A DNA stretch of 64,000 nucleotides from contig NC_083233.1 of NCBI RefSeq assembly GCF_032191835.1, positions 26,784,001 through 26,848,000 on the forward strand. Direction: 5' to 3'. The notes beneath the pieces were generated by a model, which searched no databases, was not told the DNA's origin, and worked only from the letters and a program-made list of their open reading frames with translations. The stretch is from Heteronotia binoei (lineage: Eukaryota). Below are positions 60,277-64,000 of the stretch, piece by piece (position 1 is the stretch's first letter; each line of letters begins with the position of its first letter). A program made the position numbers and the translations under genes.

Positions 60277-61849
60277 CTATTGAAATGGAGAAGGCAGGAA
60301 TGAAAAGACACTTGCAATGACAAGGATTTTTTTTTTATTCTCCTAACAGGTCCTTGCTCTTGGGAAAGGCAAATTGTCCTGGTCTTTCCAAAAGACATAG
60401 AAAAAACAGTCAGCACAAGCGAAGCTGAACTTTGTTGCCTGGATATGCATGAGACATGTTGAGCAGCCAAGAGCGGGGGTATTCTGTGCAATAAATATTT
60501 GCCTTTGAGGGCAGGCAGGTACAATCCTAGCAGATTCACTGAGTATCATCTTGGTGCTTTTGCAAAAACCGAGGGCAGATGAACTGCACAGCAGGGCAAT
60601 GAGAAAGATAACATGAGTGACCTTTCACAGGCTGCTGACAGCCAAATAGTCCCCTTGCATATAATGGTGAAAGGCAGCTCCACCACTAGATCTTGGTGAA
60701 GATAACAGCTATTGCCTGACCTTACAAAAATCCAGGTCAACCAGTTAGTCCTTTCAGCTCTGGGAGGGGAATTAATTACATGGTGTCACACTACCTGTGA
60801 TGCCAACTTGAATGGGTAGAGCATGACCTTAACAAAGGAGAAAGGCATCCTAAAGGAGGTTTGATGAGGGGGAGGAGCCAGGAGAAGCAATTTGACCTAC
60901 ATCAAACCAAGTCTTAGATAAACTAGAATGGAAGCCTCCTGAGCTTGACCCTCTGGATGACCTATTTGTGAGATGTATGCATAGAACTCTGAGACGCAAG
61001 GGCTGGATTTAGAACACACACAGTGCTATCCCAAGCAAAGCTACATCCTTCTTACTCCACTGAAGTCAGTGATCTTAGAAGGGTATAACTCTGCTTAAAC
61101 TAGCATTGTTCATCTCTCATGGTTTGATGGGAGCCTGGGATAACACCTAATTTGAGATCACTAGTTTGAATTATGTAGGGGTTGAAGGGCCAGCAATATG
61201 GGTTCCAAACATGAACTCAGTCTGGGATGATTTCTAATTGCTCATCTTGTTCTTTCAACATTCAACACCCCATTTTGATGTTGTTGCTCCCTGTGATACT
61301 GTGTTCTCATTCTATTTCCTGCTGCCTCCTAACTAATTTTCTTCTCATAAAATGCACACATAATGCACGCAAACTTTCATTTTGTATGCATCAATCAGCA
61401 TTATGTGCGTATAGTGTAGGCTGAAAGGGCATACAAGGTATGTATCAGCTGCAAATGAAAATATGCATACAGTTCTAACAACACTACAGTAAAAAACCAG
61501 AATGCCCAAACTGTTATATCTGATTATTAAAAGAAACTAATCAGGCAACTGCCAGAGCAAGTTCTCTGTCCAAACCACTCAAACACCTGCTTGGGGTGGC
61601 CAATGATGAAGACATTGGCAGCATTTCAGATTGCCAGTAGCATGGAGGAAGTGAAAAGCATAGCTTGTATCCATCATCACCACTTGGACTGCTATAGCAG
61701 GTTTGCCAGTCTCCAAGATGGACCTGGAGATCATCTGGAAATGCAACATCTACAAACTATATGCTTAGTGAAGATGAACTTCAGCAGTGGCACTTCATGT
61801 TCTCAGATCCTCACAGATGGTGAGAACATGTTCCATGATGAGAACGGGT

Positions 61850-62120
61850 CTAGGAACATATAACATAATAACACAAGAGAAGCCATGTTGGATCAGGCCA
61901 ATGGCCCATCCAGTCCAACACTCTGTGTCACACAGTGGCCAAAAAAACCAAGTGCCATCAGGAGGTCCACCAGTGGGGCTAGAAGTCCTCCCACTGTGCC
62001 CCCCCAAGCACCAAGAATACAGAGCATCACTGCCCCAGAGAGTTCCAACAATACTCTGTGGCTAATAGCCACTGATGAACCTCTCTCCATATGCTTATCC
62101 AATCCCCTCTTGAAGCTTGC
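61850..62120 (-). mobile_element. CR1 LINE 3'-end fragment
   Basis: agagaagccatgttggatcaggccaatggcccatccagtccaacactctgtgtcacacagtggcc...aatcccctcttgaagct is the reverse complement of the CR1 3' end at 26880-27066, with a longer UTR variant. Confidence 0.85.
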
Positions 62121-62145
62121 TAACCAGATAGACCCAGTATTTATA

Positions 62146-62446
62146 GTAAAAGGTAAAGGTAGTCCCCTGAGCAAGCACTAGTCATTTTCAACTCTGGGAT
62201 GACATCACATCACATTTTCATGGCAGATTTTTTTATGGGGTGGTTTGCCATTGCCTTCCCCAGTCATCTACACTTTCCCCCCAGCAAGCTGGGTACTCAT
62301 TTTACCAACCTCGGAAAAATGGAAGGCTGAGTCAACCTTGAGCTGGCTACCTGAATCCAGCTTCCACCGGGATTGAACTCAGGTTGTGAGCAGAGAGCTT
62401 GGACTGCAGTATTGCAGCTTTACCACTCTGCATCATGGGGCTCTTA
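62146..62446 (-). mobile_element. Sauria SINE, near full length
   Basis: tRNA-related head (agagtggtaaagctgcaatactgcagtcc) on minus and an (ACCTTT)n tail at 62146-62160. Confidence 0.88.
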
Positions 62447-62689
62447 AGTATTTATTTATAAGTAATCTATAAAAGTTTGTTTGTAAAATGTCATGTCTGG
62501 TTAGATCTTCAGCACACAGGCAAAGTGCTTTTTAATTCTGTCCTGTCAAGAGACTAGTTTATCTAGTAGTCTCTTGTCCATTCAGAAAAACTGGTTAATC
62601 TACACATTAATGAGTCAATTCTATTTACTGTTTAAAAAAAAAAGTGATGTCATTGTGTCAAGGATGTCATGGGGGGAATGCTCTGGTTT

Positions 62690-62935
62690 CGGGGCCAGCT
62701 GTATGGTAAAATTGGGCTTAAACCATGTAGAGTTTTGTCCCAGGCCAGAGCTTCCCCACACAATGTCCCCAACATGATGACATCACATCCAGATGATGTC
62801 ATCTCATTGGGGTGTATTGCAGTGATGTCCCTGTTTAGTGGTGATTTCCCCCACTGGCCAGCTGGTCCATGGTATGGAGAGGCCCCCAAAACTGGGGGAT
62901 CCCCCACTGAGACCTGGGGACTGGCAACTCTAGCG
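62690..62935. mobile_element. AGGGTTGCCA-family non-autonomous element
   Basis: gatgacatcac...aaactgggggatccccc...ctggcaactcta end, shared with 13925-14165 and 34690-34810. Confidence 0.55.
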
Positions 62936-62949
62936 GGAATAAAGAAAAA

Positions 62950-63545
62950 AAACCCTTTCATTCTAGTTTTGCCATTTGTCTGGATTACAGTTATATTTGA
63001 GACACTTCTTGATTCTGGGTGGACCATGTTGACTGGACCACCCGTTTTCCACTTAGAACTTTGAGACTCCGTTGGACTCAATCTTTCCAGGTAACACCTG
63101 GATTTAGAACCAATGCTTGTAACTGTGCTTAAATTAGATATTTAGCTTTATTATTTTATCTCCACTGTTCATTGCTCTTATACTATATTTTCCTGCACAT
63201 TCTTCTAATAAACCACTTGTGATGTCATTGGGTTTTTGGACTTGAATCTGAATCCATTACTTTAGCCCATATTGGCTACAGCTACCAAAATAACTGTTTT
63301 CTGGAACTCAGCTTGAAAGTAGGGCTAGCTTATTGATTTTAGACCTGGAAGTGCTAGTGATTTAGTCCTTTGTCCTCTGGTGGGTGGGTTAGTGTCACCC
63401 TGGGGTTGAGAAGAGTCATACTTTATTACTTTGTAGTTTTGCCTTGGACCAACCGGTCACCCTTAAGGAGGCTTTTATAAGTCTTTGACGCACCCTGACC
63501 AAGTAAATATCATCGGAGGTCCATTCAGAATTTTATGATGGTTAC
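62950..63545. mobile_element. Possible LTR/ERV-like fragment
   Basis: T-rich segment with AATAAA at ~63208 and LTR-like composition. No termini identified. Confidence 0.25.
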
Positions 63546-63837
63546 TGTGCAAGCACCAGTCATTTCCGACTCTGGGGTGATGTTGCTTTCACAATGTTTT
63601 CACTGCAGACTTTTTATGGGGTGGTTTGCCCCATAAAATGACTGGTCTTCCCCAGTCATCTACACTTTCCCCCCAGCAAGCTGGGTACTCATTTTACCGA
63701 CCTCAGAAGGATGGAAGGCTGAGTCAACCTTGAGCCAGCTACCTGAACCCAACTTCTACCGAGATCGAACTCAGGTCGTGAGCAGAGAGCTCTGACTGCA
63801 GTACTGCAGCTTTACCACTCGGCAGCATGGGGCTCTT
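63546..63837 (-). mobile_element. Sauria SINE, near full length
   Basis: Homologous to 62146-62446 and 18028-18210. Confidence 0.88.
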
Positions 63838-64000
63838 TGTTTTATTTGTGGTACAAGGTATCATTTTACCATATAAGAACTTGCAAGGAACTACCATGAA
63901 AGCTTCCCAGGATGTAAAGTGATTTTATGTTGTACATGGCCTTCCCAATCTTCACATAAGAAAGGAATGTGTTAAAGGCATTCAGACATCAGGCTGTGTG

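Noticed and set aside
1-64000. Assigning a gene symbol to the candidate minus-strand exons
   Set aside because: No peptide matched any protein I can recall with confidence, so naming it would be a guess.

Overview
Eukaryotic genomic DNA from a squamate reptile, most likely a gecko, judged from its repeat families: Sauria SINE, 5S-derived SINE, tRNA/MIR-type SINEs, CR1 and RTE LINEs. Most of the window is intronic or intergenic sequence densely filled with nested mobile elements. The largest are a decayed ~4 kb RTE-X-like LINE (1706-5730, -), a young 5'-truncated CR1 (25296-27066, +) and a two-LTR Gypsy provirus with a CTTTC target-site duplication (45553-51026, +). The Gypsy element carries a hAT MITE in its 5' LTR and an RTE LINE in its 3' region. 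Many hAT-type MITEs with 8-bp TSDs are also present. I could not recognise any host gene. A handful of splice-site-bounded, partly phase-compatible open frames on the minus strand may be exons of an unidentified gene (low confidence). Nearly all short ORFs in the supplied track are chance or repeat-derived. The most unusual observations are: a 115-bp local templated insertion with microhomologies and an 11-bp duplication inside the CR1 RT; a second 69-bp local copy; two different hAT elements stacked at one site with three copies of the same 8-bp TSD; a MITE family spreading an octamer + CACCC module; and an LTR-like repeat family that lacks TG..CA ends. There are no prokaryotic features or CRISPR arrays.
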